From positions 1 through 64,000 of the IMG/VR virus record IMGVR_UViG_3300037249_000541: a stretch of DNA of 64,000 nucleotides; one strand, written 5' to 3'. The stretch comes from a virus (lineage: Duplodnaviria > Caudoviricetes). The notes under the pieces are model-generated. The model saw only the letters and a program-made list of their open reading frames with translations, was not told where the DNA came from and made no database searches. This document shows positions 29,724-39,767 of this stretch, piece by piece. Made by a program: the position numbers and the translations under genes. The stretch's first letter is position 1. Each line of letters starts with the position of its first letter.

Positions 29724-30790
29724 CTTCTACAAGTTCTACAATGACCACCTTGTTGATTAAAGAAACTACCACCCCAGCCATATACAGGATGTTCATAGTT
29801 TGTAAATGGCAAGAATCCATCTTTAAGCCAGTCAGCCCAGAATCTGTCATATTGAGGTGATTCCCATAAAGGTCTTTGATGATGGAACAAGAAGAATCTC
29901 TTCCATAGTAATATTGCCTGTGCGTAATTGCCAGTGGAGATAGCCATCTTCACAGCCTGCCATCTTAAGTATAAGTCTATAAAATACTTTGGTATATCAC
30001 AGTCTTTTAGCAACTCTTCCATTATACAGATAAATCTTCTGTATATTGTGAATTGATTGATACAAACACCAAGTGTATAAGGCTTATTCAAAGAACAAGG
30101 AGTTTCTGGGTCTACGCCCTCACATTTAATCCATACAAAGAACATTGTATCTGTAAATGGCTGGCATATATCTTCTTGTTTTATTTCAATTCTTGCGTGT
30201 CTTACATGTTCAGGTTTCTCATAACTAAACTCCCTAAATTCATTAAATTTATATTGATAGATTGTTTCACCAATCTTATAATACAATGAATCTACAAGCG
30301 GAATCTGTTTTTGAGTACCATCAAAGTCTTTTATAGCAGTCTTTGTTTCCAAATCATAACTTACTATTGTTATCGGATTACAATATCTGCCAGTTTCACC
30401 AGTCTTATGACAATATGGATGTATTTCTATTGGCTCTATATTATTAGTACCTTTACAAACACATTCATCGTGATGATGATGGTGATGATGACCGCAACCA
30501 CAATGATGACGTCTGAATACTTCTTGACAAGAAGCACATATTATATCGTGATATTCATCAACTTTCCCAGCTTCCCAAGCTATCTTTGCTACATAATCTC
30601 CATCATCAATAGCTCTTTTAGCTACCCATTCAGAAGATGGTTGACCTATTTCTGGAATAAACGTATCTTGTGTATCAAGAACAATTTCTGTGAGATAAGC
30701 ATCTTTATGATACTCATCATCCCTGACAGATATGTCTATTATCATCTTCTTATTATCAGGAGTTATGTATAGTTCGTTTATTTCTACCAT
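29720..30790 (-). CDS. Tail hub protein A-like with Cys/His-rich insertion
   Basis: MVEINELYITPDNKKMIIDISV..CDIPKYFIDLYL; contains HHCGCGHHHHHHH. Confidence 0.65.
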   Translation of the reverse strand: MVEINELYITPDNKKMIIDISVRDDEYHKDAYLTEIVLDTQDTFIPEIGQPSSEWVAKRAIDDGDYVAKIAWEAGKVDEYHDIICASCQEVFRRHHCGCGHHHHHHHDECVCKGTNNIEPIEIHPYCHKTGETGRYCNPITIVSYDLETKTAIKDFDGTQKQIPLVDSLYYKIGETIYQYKFNEFREFSYEKPEHVRHARIEIKQEDICQPFTDTMFFVWIKCEGVDPETPCSLNKPYTLGVCINQFTIYRRFICIMEELLKDCDIPKYFIDLYLRWQAVKMAISTGNYAQAILLWKRFFLFHHQRPLWESPQYDRFWADWLKDGFLPFTNYEHPVYGWGGSFFNQQGGHCRTCRR

Positions 30791-30802
30791 AATTATAAAG
30801 TT

Positions 30803-30813
30803 TTTGCAAATAT
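30803..30813 (-). promoter_or_regulatory. Bacteroidota sigmaA-type -7 element TATATTTG upstream of the tail hub operon
   Basis: Matches TAnnTTTG; the same element lies shortly upstream of several other gene starts. Confidence 0.55.
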
Positions 30814-30830
30814 AATGTAATAATATAAAA

Positions 30831-30859
30831 ATAGGGAGAATGTGTTAGATTCCCCCTAT
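30831..30859 (-). terminator. Intrinsic terminator after the auxiliary capsid gene
   Basis: Imperfect inverted repeat ataggga-gaat/attc-cccctat followed by a T run on the minus strand. Confidence 0.55.
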
Positions 30860-30884
30860 AATTTCAATTAGACTGATGTTCCAA

Positions 30885-31937
30885 TTAGTGTAGATAAGGT
30901 TTTATATCAGTCATTACTGCGTCCAATGGAGTTGCAGCCGAATTTGCCTTCTCCTTGAAAATATACAGTTGCTTTGGAGAATATTGGACATCCTCCGCAT
31001 CGCCTCTGTAAGTAATATCAAAGATTGCAATGTCATATTCCTTCGTCGGGTCAACAAGACCATCTGCGTGGAATGTATAAGGCCAACCACCCTTCAGCCA
31101 CTTATCACCTCTTTGAGCTTGACAGAAGTATTCTATCTCAGCTACTGCCCTGCCGTTAGGAACACCATTTCTGTCATAATAGGTATAGTCTGTTACATCC
31201 TCAGACCAAGCCATTTCTACTGGCATTGCAACACCTATCTCTACAAGATTTGTTGTTACATCGAAAGAAGGTCTTTCGTGGTAGAACCTGCCAAGTTCCC
31301 ATTGTAGCGGGTCTTCTTGGATTGCGATGCAGTCTGCATTAGTCATATCGACGTCAGTTACGCTATTAGCTGCTTTTATCTGAGCCATTGATACAACTGA
31401 TGTTGCACCTGTTGACGTAGATGTGCCGATGAATACATTAATGCCAAGGTTGTTGTCTCTCGACATATTCCTTACAAGCGACTTTGCAAGCTGGAATAAA
31501 AGCTCATCCTGAGTCATCTGTGTATTTAGTTGTGCATAACCATCTTTCATATAGGTGTTGTACTCACCAAGAACGAGAAAGTTCTTTATTGTAAGATGAA
31601 TTGCAGCAACATCATTTGATTGAACCTTGCCATTGCCGTCAAAAATGTTAGACTTAGGCTTAACAACAACAGTCTTTCTCTGGTACTTTGTATCAATAGC
31701 CCTTACTCTTGTATTCTTCTGATACTGAGAGAATATGTCAGTGTTAAAAAGAACACTTGATTTAATTGTGTCATTATCCTTGTAAATGAATCTACCTTCG
31801 CCTTTAGAATTAGCAAAGAAAATTGCATCGCCAGGATTAACCACATAAGTAGCTATGTCTGCCTTGTCCGTTTTTGCGCCGTTCCAGTTCTTAATGACTA
31901 TGCAGTCATAGTGTTGATTTACGTTTGGTACTGCCAT
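30885..31937 (-). CDS. Auxiliary (decoration) capsid protein
   Basis: 350 aa; NGRAVAEIEYFCQAQRGD..LVDPTKEYD; synteny with the crAss001 block; codon style like the capsid gene. Confidence 0.7.
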   Translation of the reverse strand: MAVPNVNQHYDCIVIKNWNGAKTDKADIATYVVNPGDAIFFANSKGEGRFIYKDNDTIKSSVLFNTDIFSQYQKNTRVRAIDTKYQRKTVVVKPKSNIFDGNGKVQSNDVAAIHLTIKNFLVLGEYNTYMKDGYAQLNTQMTQDELLFQLAKSLVRNMSRDNNLGINVFIGTSTSTGATSVVSMAQIKAANSVTDVDMTNADCIAIQEDPLQWELGRFYHERPSFDVTTNLVEIGVAMPVEMAWSEDVTDYTYYDRNGVPNGRAVAEIEYFCQAQRGDKWLKGGWPYTFHADGLVDPTKEYDIAIFDITYRGDAEDVQYSPKQLYIFKEKANSAATPLDAVMTDIKPYLH

Positions 31938-32093
31938 TTTTAATTGGTATTTAGTTAAACTTATTGTTAATTGAATCTTCTATTTCTTTATCTTTTTTAC
32001 TTCCTTTTATTATCTTTGGCAAAAATACAAATGATAATATTATGGTAACAACTATAATTAGAATTAGTATTATATTAGTTATATCTATGTCAT

Positions 32094-33101
32094 TCATTTT
32101 ACTCTGTTTTTTATTGCCATTTCTACTGCGTTTTGTGCTATAATTTTATGTAATATAGGATTAACCTCAGATTCCATCCTATGACTAAATCCATATACTG
32201 TCAATTGGTCTGGGAGTTCGTCAACAATTATTGGATTTGGTCTTTTGATATATCTACAAAGGTATTTCCCAATCTTATACTTTGATATTAATTCTATCAA
32301 TTGTGGTCTATCATCATCTCTTAATGCATAAGGATTTATATCTCCAAGAAGAGTACCATCTTTCATCGTTGATTCATTCTTCATATAGTATGGAGTAGAA
32401 TGATTATCATTCTCGTTGTATAGATGCCATAACCTAAGTATTCTACTATGAGCTTCCATTACATTTCTTGGGTGAGCTACATCCAATCTAAACACTCTTC
32501 TTTCATTTGGTCTTCTAAAAGGATTCTGCATAGCTCTATAATACTCATCGTGTGTTATTGGCACCACAACAGCAGTGTTTCCATCCATACACTCTAAATC
32601 TAAATCATCAAATGTTACTTGTTCGTATATGATATACATAAGCTTCTCTGGCAGAGTAACAGTAACACTGTCAGTCTTTATTTTATGAAAAGCATTAAGA
32701 CTTTTTGTTATTGGTTGCTCTACAAGAGCTTCTTCCTCAGCATGATTCTTGTCAAATGAGTATGACTGCACAACTTTGTCATTTACACCAGTAGCAGTTT
32801 TATAGTTTATAACGCCCCATATAGTATGACCTTCTTGGTCTTCACCTTGTCTATACCAATATTCTCTTTCTGGTCTTTCTTCTGGATTCTTAAAAGCCTC
32901 AAATGTATAGACAAGATTACCAAGCATTCTTCTTCTCCTTTCTGTTTCCTCAAATGTTGATGAAGATGTGTTGCTATATAAGTCATCTATTATTTGCTCT
33001 TGAGCAAGTGTAAGCAGTAAGGACTTCTCGTAATTATCTATCACGAATCCTTTTAACCTTGTAGCTTGGTCTATATAGTCTATAAATTCTAATGTCGTCA
33101 T
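32094..33101 (-). CDS. Tail ring protein (paralogue of adjacent gene)
   Basis: YEKSLLLTLAQ..PITHDEY..YIKRPNPII..LHKIIAQNAVEMA. Confidence 0.75.
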   Translation of the reverse strand: MTTLEFIDYIDQATRLKGFVIDNYEKSLLLTLAQEQIIDDLYSNTSSSTFEETERRRRMLGNLVYTFEAFKNPEERPEREYWYRQGEDQEGHTIWGVINYKTATGVNDKVVQSYSFDKNHAEEEALVEQPITKSLNAFHKIKTDSVTVTLPEKLMYIIYEQVTFDDLDLECMDGNTAVVVPITHDEYYRAMQNPFRRPNERRVFRLDVAHPRNVMEAHSRILRLWHLYNENDNHSTPYYMKNESTMKDGTLLGDINPYALRDDDRPQLIELISKYKIGKYLCRYIKRPNPIIVDELPDQLTVYGFSHRMESEVNPILHKIIAQNAVEMAIKNRVK

Positions 33102-33103
33102 AA

Positions 33104-33934
33104 TTATTCGCTTCTTTGTCCTAAGTTAACCAATGTTTCTGTTTCGCCAGTTCTATAAATGCCCTTTGCTATTTCTACTGCCCTTTGAACTATCTCCTCA
33201 TGTATAGCTTCTGGAAGTTCACATTCTGTTATTTCTCCATATCCATCTATTGTTGTTCCATATTCTTCTTGGATATTTGTAAGAATTATAGGCTTTGGTT
33301 TTCTTACATATCTCATTGTATATCCAACAATCTTATAATTATAAGGAGCTATTATCTCAACCTCTCTGTTTTGCTCCAAGTCACCATTAGTTATGAGTCT
33401 CCAACATTCATGCCTTGCAGCTGGATATTTATAAACACCACCTCTATTTACTGTATATTCCTCATAATTTATTGGAGTTACGATAGCAGCATTTCTTAAT
33501 GTCATATTCGGTAATCCCACAACCTTTTCTATATAAGCTTCTTCATTTAGGAAAAACAGGAAATCTTCTGGTGTTTTAAATGTATATCTATTAAACCTGT
33601 CATCCATAAAGTTATCATTGAAAACATCATTTTTATCGTGGATTATGACAGATTCTTTATTAGTCCATACTTTTGTAAAGTTTATGTCATTCCTTGTGTC
33701 TTCAATGTATTTCTTTAAGGTATTAAGTACCGAGAAGTCATACTGCCTCTTTGCGGAGTCGTCATATCCTTCTTGGTACTTATTGCCTTTCGGATTGTAA
33801 TAGTTTTTGACAAGTTCGAGTTCAGACCTGCTAAGAAGCACTGACTTTTCATACTCGTCAATACCAGGACTCTGGTTGGACATTATGTTGTTATAGTACA
33901 CCTCAAAGGCATTGCTCATCTCTAAACTTGTCAT
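33104..33934 (-). CDS. Tail ring protein
   Basis: DEYEKSVLLS..RYVRKPKPIIL..CELPEAIHEEIVQRAVEIA. Confidence 0.8.
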   Translation of the reverse strand: MTSLEMSNAFEVYYNNIMSNQSPGIDEYEKSVLLSRSELELVKNYYNPKGNKYQEGYDDSAKRQYDFSVLNTLKKYIEDTRNDINFTKVWTNKESVIIHDKNDVFNDNFMDDRFNRYTFKTPEDFLFFLNEEAYIEKVVGLPNMTLRNAAIVTPINYEEYTVNRGGVYKYPAARHECWRLITNGDLEQNREVEIIAPYNYKIVGYTMRYVRKPKPIILTNIQEEYGTTIDGYGEITECELPEAIHEEIVQRAVEIAKGIYRTGETETLVNLGQRSE

Positions 33935-33944
33935 AATAATCTAT

Positions 33945-34955
33945 TTATTGTTGTTTAACCTTGTCTTTAATTTCAGCTTCTATCGTCAGTCTTAACTCCT
34001 GATTCTTTGGGTCATCAAGGAATCTTGCTGCAATCTGTTTAGTAGCTCTCTCTCCATCATTACATAGCGGAGTGTCAGTAGACTTATGGAACAGAAGGTC
34101 GTTTCTCATTACAAGTACGCCAGTTTCTAAGCCTTTCTTTATAACAACCTGAGCTTGTAGATGAGCGTCAGTTATTATGCTTAGGAATAGCTTAGGATTA
34201 CCTTGTAGATACTCATTAACCTTTGTTTGCAGTGTAACAATATTAACACCGTTTGTAGAATAAGGTCTACCAGACATCTGTTCGATGATAAGAGCAAGCT
34301 TATCTTTATCTTGGTTAATCTTGCCAAACTCCATATAACATTGCATTGTAGTTGACATATTGCTTTCTGCAAATGCAAGATTAGACTGCTCTGAAATTAT
34401 AACAAATTGGTAAGACTCCTTCGGCCTGTCTTGCAGTTCTTGCTGAGACTTACAAATAAACTCTGTATTTGCCAATAGAATCTTATATTTGATATAATCC
34501 TCTGGATTAGCAAGATTCAAATAATTATCACCTTTTTCAAGAGTTACAGTATTGATGCCATTAGGGTTACTATCGTCCCAGAAGTTGTCAGTCTTCTTAT
34601 AAATCGACATAGCATTAGGTTCAAGACCCATAGCATCTTCAAGATATTCTTTCTCTTCGTTTGTGAGAACATTAACAAAAAGACCATCGCTCCTCTTTGG
34701 TACTACAAATGTACGTTTTGCACCTTCTATCATACCGCCATAGATTAGATGTCTTTTGTCTGTGATTCCGTTCTTGTATGAAGGAACGAACCTTACTATA
34801 ATTCTTTCATTTCTAAGAGGGTTAACCAAATCAATAGTGTTCTTTACTATCGGTTCTGTTCTCTTGCCAAAGTTTGGGTTACCTCTTTTTGTTTTAGGAA
34901 TTTCTACTTTTACTTCCTTTTCTGCTTGTTCTAAATCAATGTCAAAATTCTCCAT
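33945..34955 (-). CDS. Conserved crAss protein immediately downstream of the major capsid gene
   Basis: NVLTNEEKEYLE..LNLANPEDYIKYKIL; synteny. Confidence 0.7.
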   Translation of the reverse strand: MENFDIDLEQAEKEVKVEIPKTKRGNPNFGKRTEPIVKNTIDLVNPLRNERIIVRFVPSYKNGITDKRHLIYGGMIEGAKRTFVVPKRSDGLFVNVLTNEEKEYLEDAMGLEPNAMSIYKKTDNFWDDSNPNGINTVTLEKGDNYLNLANPEDYIKYKILLANTEFICKSQQELQDRPKESYQFVIISEQSNLAFAESNMSTTMQCYMEFGKINQDKDKLALIIEQMSGRPYSTNGVNIVTLQTKVNEYLQGNPKLFLSIITDAHLQAQVVIKKGLETGVLVMRNDLLFHKSTDTPLCNDGERATKQIAARFLDDPKNQELRLTIEAEIKDKVKQQ

Positions 34956-34974
34956 TTTTAATTCTCCTATTTTT

Positions 34975-35014
34975 AAAAAGTTGTCAGAAGGATTGTTTTA
35001 ATCCTCCTGACAAC
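34975..35014 (-). terminator. Intrinsic terminator after the major capsid gene
   Basis: gttgtcagaaggatt / aatcctcctgacaac stem with one mismatch, followed by TTTTT on the minus strand. Confidence 0.75.
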
Positions 35015-35027
35015 GTAAAGTTAATAA

Positions 35028-36527
35028 TTAGTATTCAAGTATAGCAGGAACTATTGAATAGGTTCTTGTCGGGTCTAATACGCAGATTCCGAGAGTTGCC
35101 TTCTTGTGGATAACTGCCGAATCTTCGTCGTAAGATGCGTGGGTAATGTCGGTTTCGCCAGTGAATGGGTTAGCGAATGGACCACATTGATAACCACGGA
35201 ACTCAGGACGATTCTTTACAGCACACTTGAAGATGTTTTGTTGCTCAGGTGTACCAATATCAAAGATGTCGTATCTATAAGAGAATGCTGGCCCACCATT
35301 GGGGTGCATTATCTTATTTCTTACGGTATCATCGTAAGTTGGGTCTACATTAATCTTGATTCTTACACCATTAGGAGCAAGATACTCTACAAACTGGAAG
35401 CCTGCGCTTAGAGCATTTGAATGTAGTGGCGATGTGGTGTTCTGAATACCAAATGCCTTACCGTCAACTGTGAATGCCTGCCAGCCAGATACTGTGTTAA
35501 GGATTGCCTTGTGGAACTGAGTAGCACCTCTTTCACCAGTTTGAAGGATAAATGTTCTCTCGCCAAAGCCAAGCTTAGCAGCAGATAGTTCATAAAGGAT
35601 TTCCTCGATAAGTCTTAGCGAGAATGTATTGTAGTACCTTATATTTGCAGATGACATCTGTGCGTACAGACCATCACCAGTCTTAATAGGTCTACCAGAC
35701 TTACCGATGTTAAGCCTTTGCTCGTGAGGAGTCTTGTTTGACTTACCAAATGCAAGAGCGTTGTTCTTATATTCTGCAAACTTCTGCTCTATCTCCCAGT
35801 CAACCCTTTGCATCCAAGCAGAGATTACTTTCTTGTTGCCGTTGTCGTCTACGATAGGAATTGGAACAGCAAGCTTGTCGTCGATAAGCGCACCACCAAC
35901 CTTGTGCTGGATTCTGATTGTAGAGAACTCATTCTTCATAGCAGTATGCGTAGCATGGTTGATGTCGCCAACCTTTCTTGATAGGTCGTCCTCTACGAAA
36001 GCTGCTTCGTAGCTGAATTTCTCACCAGGAAGAAGTCTGTTAGCTGGAACACCAGCTGTGTTGCCGCCTGCAAGTTCTACTCTATACTTAACATAGGTAC
36101 CTTCCTTAATTGGGTCGCCAAGAATTCTGAACTGATAAAGTTCGTTCATATTACCTACGATGTATTCACCGTCGTAGAAATACTCTTCCTCAAAGTATAG
36201 GTAGAATGGAGCTGTACCAACACCTACATTACCAGAAGTCTTGTCTACTTCTTGACCGTTCTCATCCACTGCAAACGCAAGAGGAATGTTACGCCTTGAA
36301 GAACCTATAATTTCCCAATAGAACTCATCGTCCCTGTCAAATGTCTTTGTAGGGAACTGTGATAAGAAAGATTCAAGAGTCTTCGCTCTATTGGCAGCAA
36401 AGACACGAATCATCATCTCCGAAGCCTTTTGTGGCATCTTCATAGCGAGCATCGCCATAGCTGGATGGTCTTTAACGTCCATGCCGCCCCACGTAGTAAG
36501 CTTCCATAGTTGTTGATTATTAGCCAT
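35028..36527 (-). CDS. Major capsid protein (HK97 fold, crAss-like)
   Basis: 499 aa; FLSQFPTKTF..YWEIIGSSRRNIPL..LSRKVGD..SAGFQFVEY..NKIMHPNGGPAFSYRYDI are recognisable crAss capsid motifs. Confidence 0.95.
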   Translation of the reverse strand: MANNQQLWKLTTWGGMDVKDHPAMAMLAMKMPQKASEMMIRVFAANRAKTLESFLSQFPTKTFDRDDEFYWEIIGSSRRNIPLAFAVDENGQEVDKTSGNVGVGTAPFYLYFEEEYFYDGEYIVGNMNELYQFRILGDPIKEGTYVKYRVELAGGNTAGVPANRLLPGEKFSYEAAFVEDDLSRKVGDINHATHTAMKNEFSTIRIQHKVGGALIDDKLAVPIPIVDDNGNKKVISAWMQRVDWEIEQKFAEYKNNALAFGKSNKTPHEQRLNIGKSGRPIKTGDGLYAQMSSANIRYYNTFSLRLIEEILYELSAAKLGFGERTFILQTGERGATQFHKAILNTVSGWQAFTVDGKAFGIQNTTSPLHSNALSAGFQFVEYLAPNGVRIKINVDPTYDDTVRNKIMHPNGGPAFSYRYDIFDIGTPEQQNIFKCAVKNRPEFRGYQCGPFANPFTGETDITHASYDEDSAVIHKKATLGICVLDPTRTYSIVPAILEY

Positions 36528-36548
36528 ATTAATTAAATTAAATTGTTA

Positions 36549-37655
36549 TTATTCTGTTAAATCTATTTTCCAACCTCCCTTGAAGTCGCTGTTTGTATTA
36601 TCGCCAAACAGCTTCATACTTCCTTCTGTATTTACACTTCCTTTGAGTACATCTTCCAGTTGTGAAAATCCGTTTTTAACAGCTTTTTGAGCCACTGGAT
36701 TAAACAATTTCCCAAAGTTAGTAAATCCATCAGTCAGTGCATAAAAGGCTCCAAAATACCTCAAAAAGTCCATATGATTTTCCATTTCGTACTTCTGCAA
36801 GTCTGTTGCATACGCACCATTTGGAAGCTTATGCTTAGGTTTTAAGACTGTATCAATAATCTTTTCTTTCATCTTGTCATCAAGTGCAAGTGAACCAAAA
36901 GCCTTATCCTTACTTTTTACAGTCTTTTTGAACTCTTCGTCCTCCTCCGCTCTCTTCTTCTTGAAGTCTTCTAATTCAGCCTTCTTCTTGTTTACTTCAT
37001 TGTCATAAGCATTTTTATATATCTCTTTAAGTTCGTTAAGGGCATCCAGTGCGTCTTCGATGTCTGTTCCAGCTGTCATAGATTTCTCTACTTCTTTCTT
37101 GGCTTTTTCATCAGGAAAGCCTATCATACTTCTAAATTGGTATATCAAAGCTTTTCTTAGATTTTCGCCATCCTTAGACTCGTCCTTGACATTCTCTTCT
37201 TTAAGACTAAAAAGATTATGGAGTGTATTCTCGTACTCCTGAATCTTCTCAGGTTGAACACCATAATTCAAAGCGTCACTTATTCTCTTTTGCTGTGCCG
37301 TAAGCCTTGAATCAACTTGTGTTTCAAACATCTTCTTAAAAGAAACCGCATCAGTTATACCTTCTATATCAAGGTCTGGAAATACCCCTTCGTCCTTCAA
37401 TGCCTTGGCAATGGAAGAGAATACGTTAGGAGAAACCTCGGCATTACGCTCTGGGGTATTTTCCTTACCTCTCTCACCACCTCCGCTCTCCTGACTTTGG
37501 TTTGTCCCATTGTCATCAGTGGTTTTATTTTCTTCTTTTTCCTCTTTCTTTTCTTCTTCTTGTGTCGGTTTTATGTCTTCTGCATTATTAGCGACACTTT
37601 TATTAAAAATAGCAGCAATTTCATCTGCTGTAAATACTTCTGTTTCTTCTCCCAT
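36549..37655 (-). CDS. Putative capsid scaffolding protein
   Basis: Acidic, helical, directly upstream of the capsid gene. Confidence 0.65.
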   Translation of the reverse strand: MGEETEVFTADEIAAIFNKSVANNAEDIKPTQEEEKKEEKEENKTTDDNGTNQSQESGGGERGKENTPERNAEVSPNVFSSIAKALKDEGVFPDLDIEGITDAVSFKKMFETQVDSRLTAQQKRISDALNYGVQPEKIQEYENTLHNLFSLKEENVKDESKDGENLRKALIYQFRSMIGFPDEKAKKEVEKSMTAGTDIEDALDALNELKEIYKNAYDNEVNKKKAELEDFKKKRAEEDEEFKKTVKSKDKAFGSLALDDKMKEKIIDTVLKPKHKLPNGAYATDLQKYEMENHMDFLRYFGAFYALTDGFTNFGKLFNPVAQKAVKNGFSQLEDVLKGSVNTEGSMKLFGDNTNSDFKGGWKIDLTE

Positions 37656-37685
37656 TTTTAATTCTCCTATATTTATATTGTTTTT

Positions 37686-39464
37686 TTAATCTCCAAATAT
37701 ATTTCGTGCTATTACTTTATTATCATCTTTAGTAAGACTGGATGAACTATCATAAATAAATTCACCGCTTACAGATGCTGCTGATGACACATCAAAATAA
37801 GAGCAAGAATGGCTACCTATAGCACCAGTACCTAAATTACTTAATATTTTAAGATTTGGTGAACCTATAGGAGACCCAAAGTTTATAGTTATTTTTCCTC
37901 CGCTTACTAAGGCAGAATTATCTCCTGTACCACTATTTGTAACCCAAGTGCAGAAATAAAAGTATATTGTACAACTCGTACTGGAACTTGTACTCCATAC
38001 TTTTATAAAGTTATTACTTCTTCCAGAGGATTGTTTAACTGAACCATTAAATTGGCATTTATCAAACGTGTACTTATTATGCACGCCAGAATCACCATAG
38101 AATGTTATAAGATAATCACTTTTATTCGGTTCTTCCCCAACAACCTCAAACCTGGTGTTGTTGAATTTACAGCTTCTTCCTCTAAATTTAAGTGGGTCTG
38201 TATATTTTAAGCTATAGTCATTACCATTTACAGTAATAGTAGACAAATTATAATCAAGGCAATTGGTAAGAGTTATATCTGAAGCAAAATGCACTCTCAC
38301 TTGAACAGGAGTTATAACCCCATCTATTGCGTAACCAGTTGTTACGTAAGACTTATTGCTATCTGTTATAGCAGTAATTTCATTTGTTCTATTTATAGGA
38401 TAACCCCTTGATATTGCTACTGCCTTAAAGAAGTCAAGCTCGGTCTTTGCGGTAATATCATAGAACTCAATATCTATACCTTCATATTCAGGCTTCTCAG
38501 GAAGCGTAACTCTTATTGGGATATTATTTATACTTGCTACATTAGACGTCTGCCCATAAGCTAATGTTGTATTATTATCTACAACCTGTATATTTGCTAT
38601 TTTATTGGTTACTACAGAAGTGCTGTTTACTCTTACATCAGTTACTGGGGTATCTCCAGAATCACCAGCATCACCTTTGTCTCCCTTATCACCTTTCTCT
38701 CCTTTAAGGGAAGCAAGCCACTCAGATTCTGTCCCTACAAAGCCATTATCTACAGCTATTTGGTAAGCAGACTTACCATTTTGTCCATCTTGACCATCTT
38801 GCCCATTGGCACCATCAGAGCCATTAATACCATCAGCACCATCTTGTCCTTTTAAAGATACAAGCCATTGCTGTTCAGTACCAACAAAACCATTATCTAA
38901 AGCTATTTGATATGCCGATTTGCCATCCTGACCATCAGTTCCAGTATCACCAGTATCTCCTTTATCACCTTTGTCTCCCTTGTCGCCTTTATCTCCTTTT
39001 TCACCAGATACTGTATCAACCGCTATTTTAAATGTTACAGATTTTGGAGTAAATTCATCATTGTCTTCTCTTGTTATATGCACATTTTCTGAATCTGCAA
39101 TAACATTATATTCTTTGCCTTCCTCGATATTAAATATCTGAGTATTGCCGTTGGTACTTGTTATTGTCATAATATTTGTATCTCCATCTTTTTGAACTGA
39201 TATTGCCTTGACTGTTTCTGGCAAATCAACATCTGTTATTTCACCATCAGTATATACAAACCTCAATGTACGACCAGAATTAACAATAGTAGTTTCTCTA
39301 ATTGAACGTACATCATTTTGTTTACTAATTGCATTTATAAGCTCTTCAACTGTCTTATTAGTTCCTGGTTGTAACACAGCAGTAGTAGAAGTAATAGGAT
39401 ATACATCTTCTGTTCCACTTCCACCAGCTAAATCGCTTTTGATTAATCTTGTTATTTGTCCCAT
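37686..39464 (-). CDS. Collagen-repeat fibre protein (probable head fibre)
   Basis: (GDK)n and GxD repeats; two GKSAYQIA.DNGFVGTE..WL.SLKG units; N-terminal VYPITSTTAV anchor motif. Confidence 0.75.
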   Translation of the reverse strand: MGQITRLIKSDLAGGSGTEDVYPITSTTAVLQPGTNKTVEELINAISKQNDVRSIRETTIVNSGRTLRFVYTDGEITDVDLPETVKAISVQKDGDTNIMTITSTNGNTQIFNIEEGKEYNVIADSENVHITREDNDEFTPKSVTFKIAVDTVSGEKGDKGDKGDKGDKGDTGDTGTDGQDGKSAYQIALDNGFVGTEQQWLVSLKGQDGADGINGSDGANGQDGQDGQNGKSAYQIAVDNGFVGTESEWLASLKGEKGDKGDKGDAGDSGDTPVTDVRVNSTSVVTNKIANIQVVDNNTTLAYGQTSNVASINNIPIRVTLPEKPEYEGIDIEFYDITAKTELDFFKAVAISRGYPINRTNEITAITDSNKSYVTTGYAIDGVITPVQVRVHFASDITLTNCLDYNLSTITVNGNDYSLKYTDPLKFRGRSCKFNNTRFEVVGEEPNKSDYLITFYGDSGVHNKYTFDKCQFNGSVKQSSGRSNNFIKVWSTSSSTSCTIYFYFCTWVTNSGTGDNSALVSGGKITINFGSPIGSPNLKILSNLGTGAIGSHSCSYFDVSSAASVSGEFIYDSSSSLTKDDNKVIARNIFGD

Positions 39465-39554
39465 ATTTTTAAAATTTTTGCAAATTTAATATGGTTTGAC
39501 ATAAAAGATTTTCGATATAAAGAAACTGTTAATATAAATATAAATAAAAGAATA

Positions 39555-39639
39555 TTAAAATAAGATGTTTTTAAAGACCTTGTACATTTTCTGAACGATA
39601 TAACCAATCAAATATGCAGCATCTTCACTGCTTTTTCAT
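39555..39639 (-). pseudogene. Gene remnant: C-terminal fragment SEDAAYLIGYIVQKMYKVFKNILF* behind an out-of-frame ATG
   Basis: Hand translation of intergenic DNA. Confidence 0.4.
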
Positions 39640-39666
39640 TTTATTACTTGTTTAACTGATTAAAAA

Positions 39667-39713
39667 CTTGATAATTCTTGCTAATTCTGCAAGAACTTGC
39701 AAGAATTATCAAG
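39667..39713. repeat. Perfect 15-bp inverted repeat with 17-nt spacer
   Basis: CTTGATAATTCTTGC ... GCAAGAATTATCAAG. Confidence 0.85.
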
Positions 39714-39767
39714 CGCAAATATAGATACTAATAAGTAATACTTAAAGTTAATTATTGTTAATGTTTA

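Noticed and set aside
38655-39005. Tandem DNA repeats as a CRISPR-like array or VNTR
   Set aside because: They are the coding collagen (GDK)n repeats.
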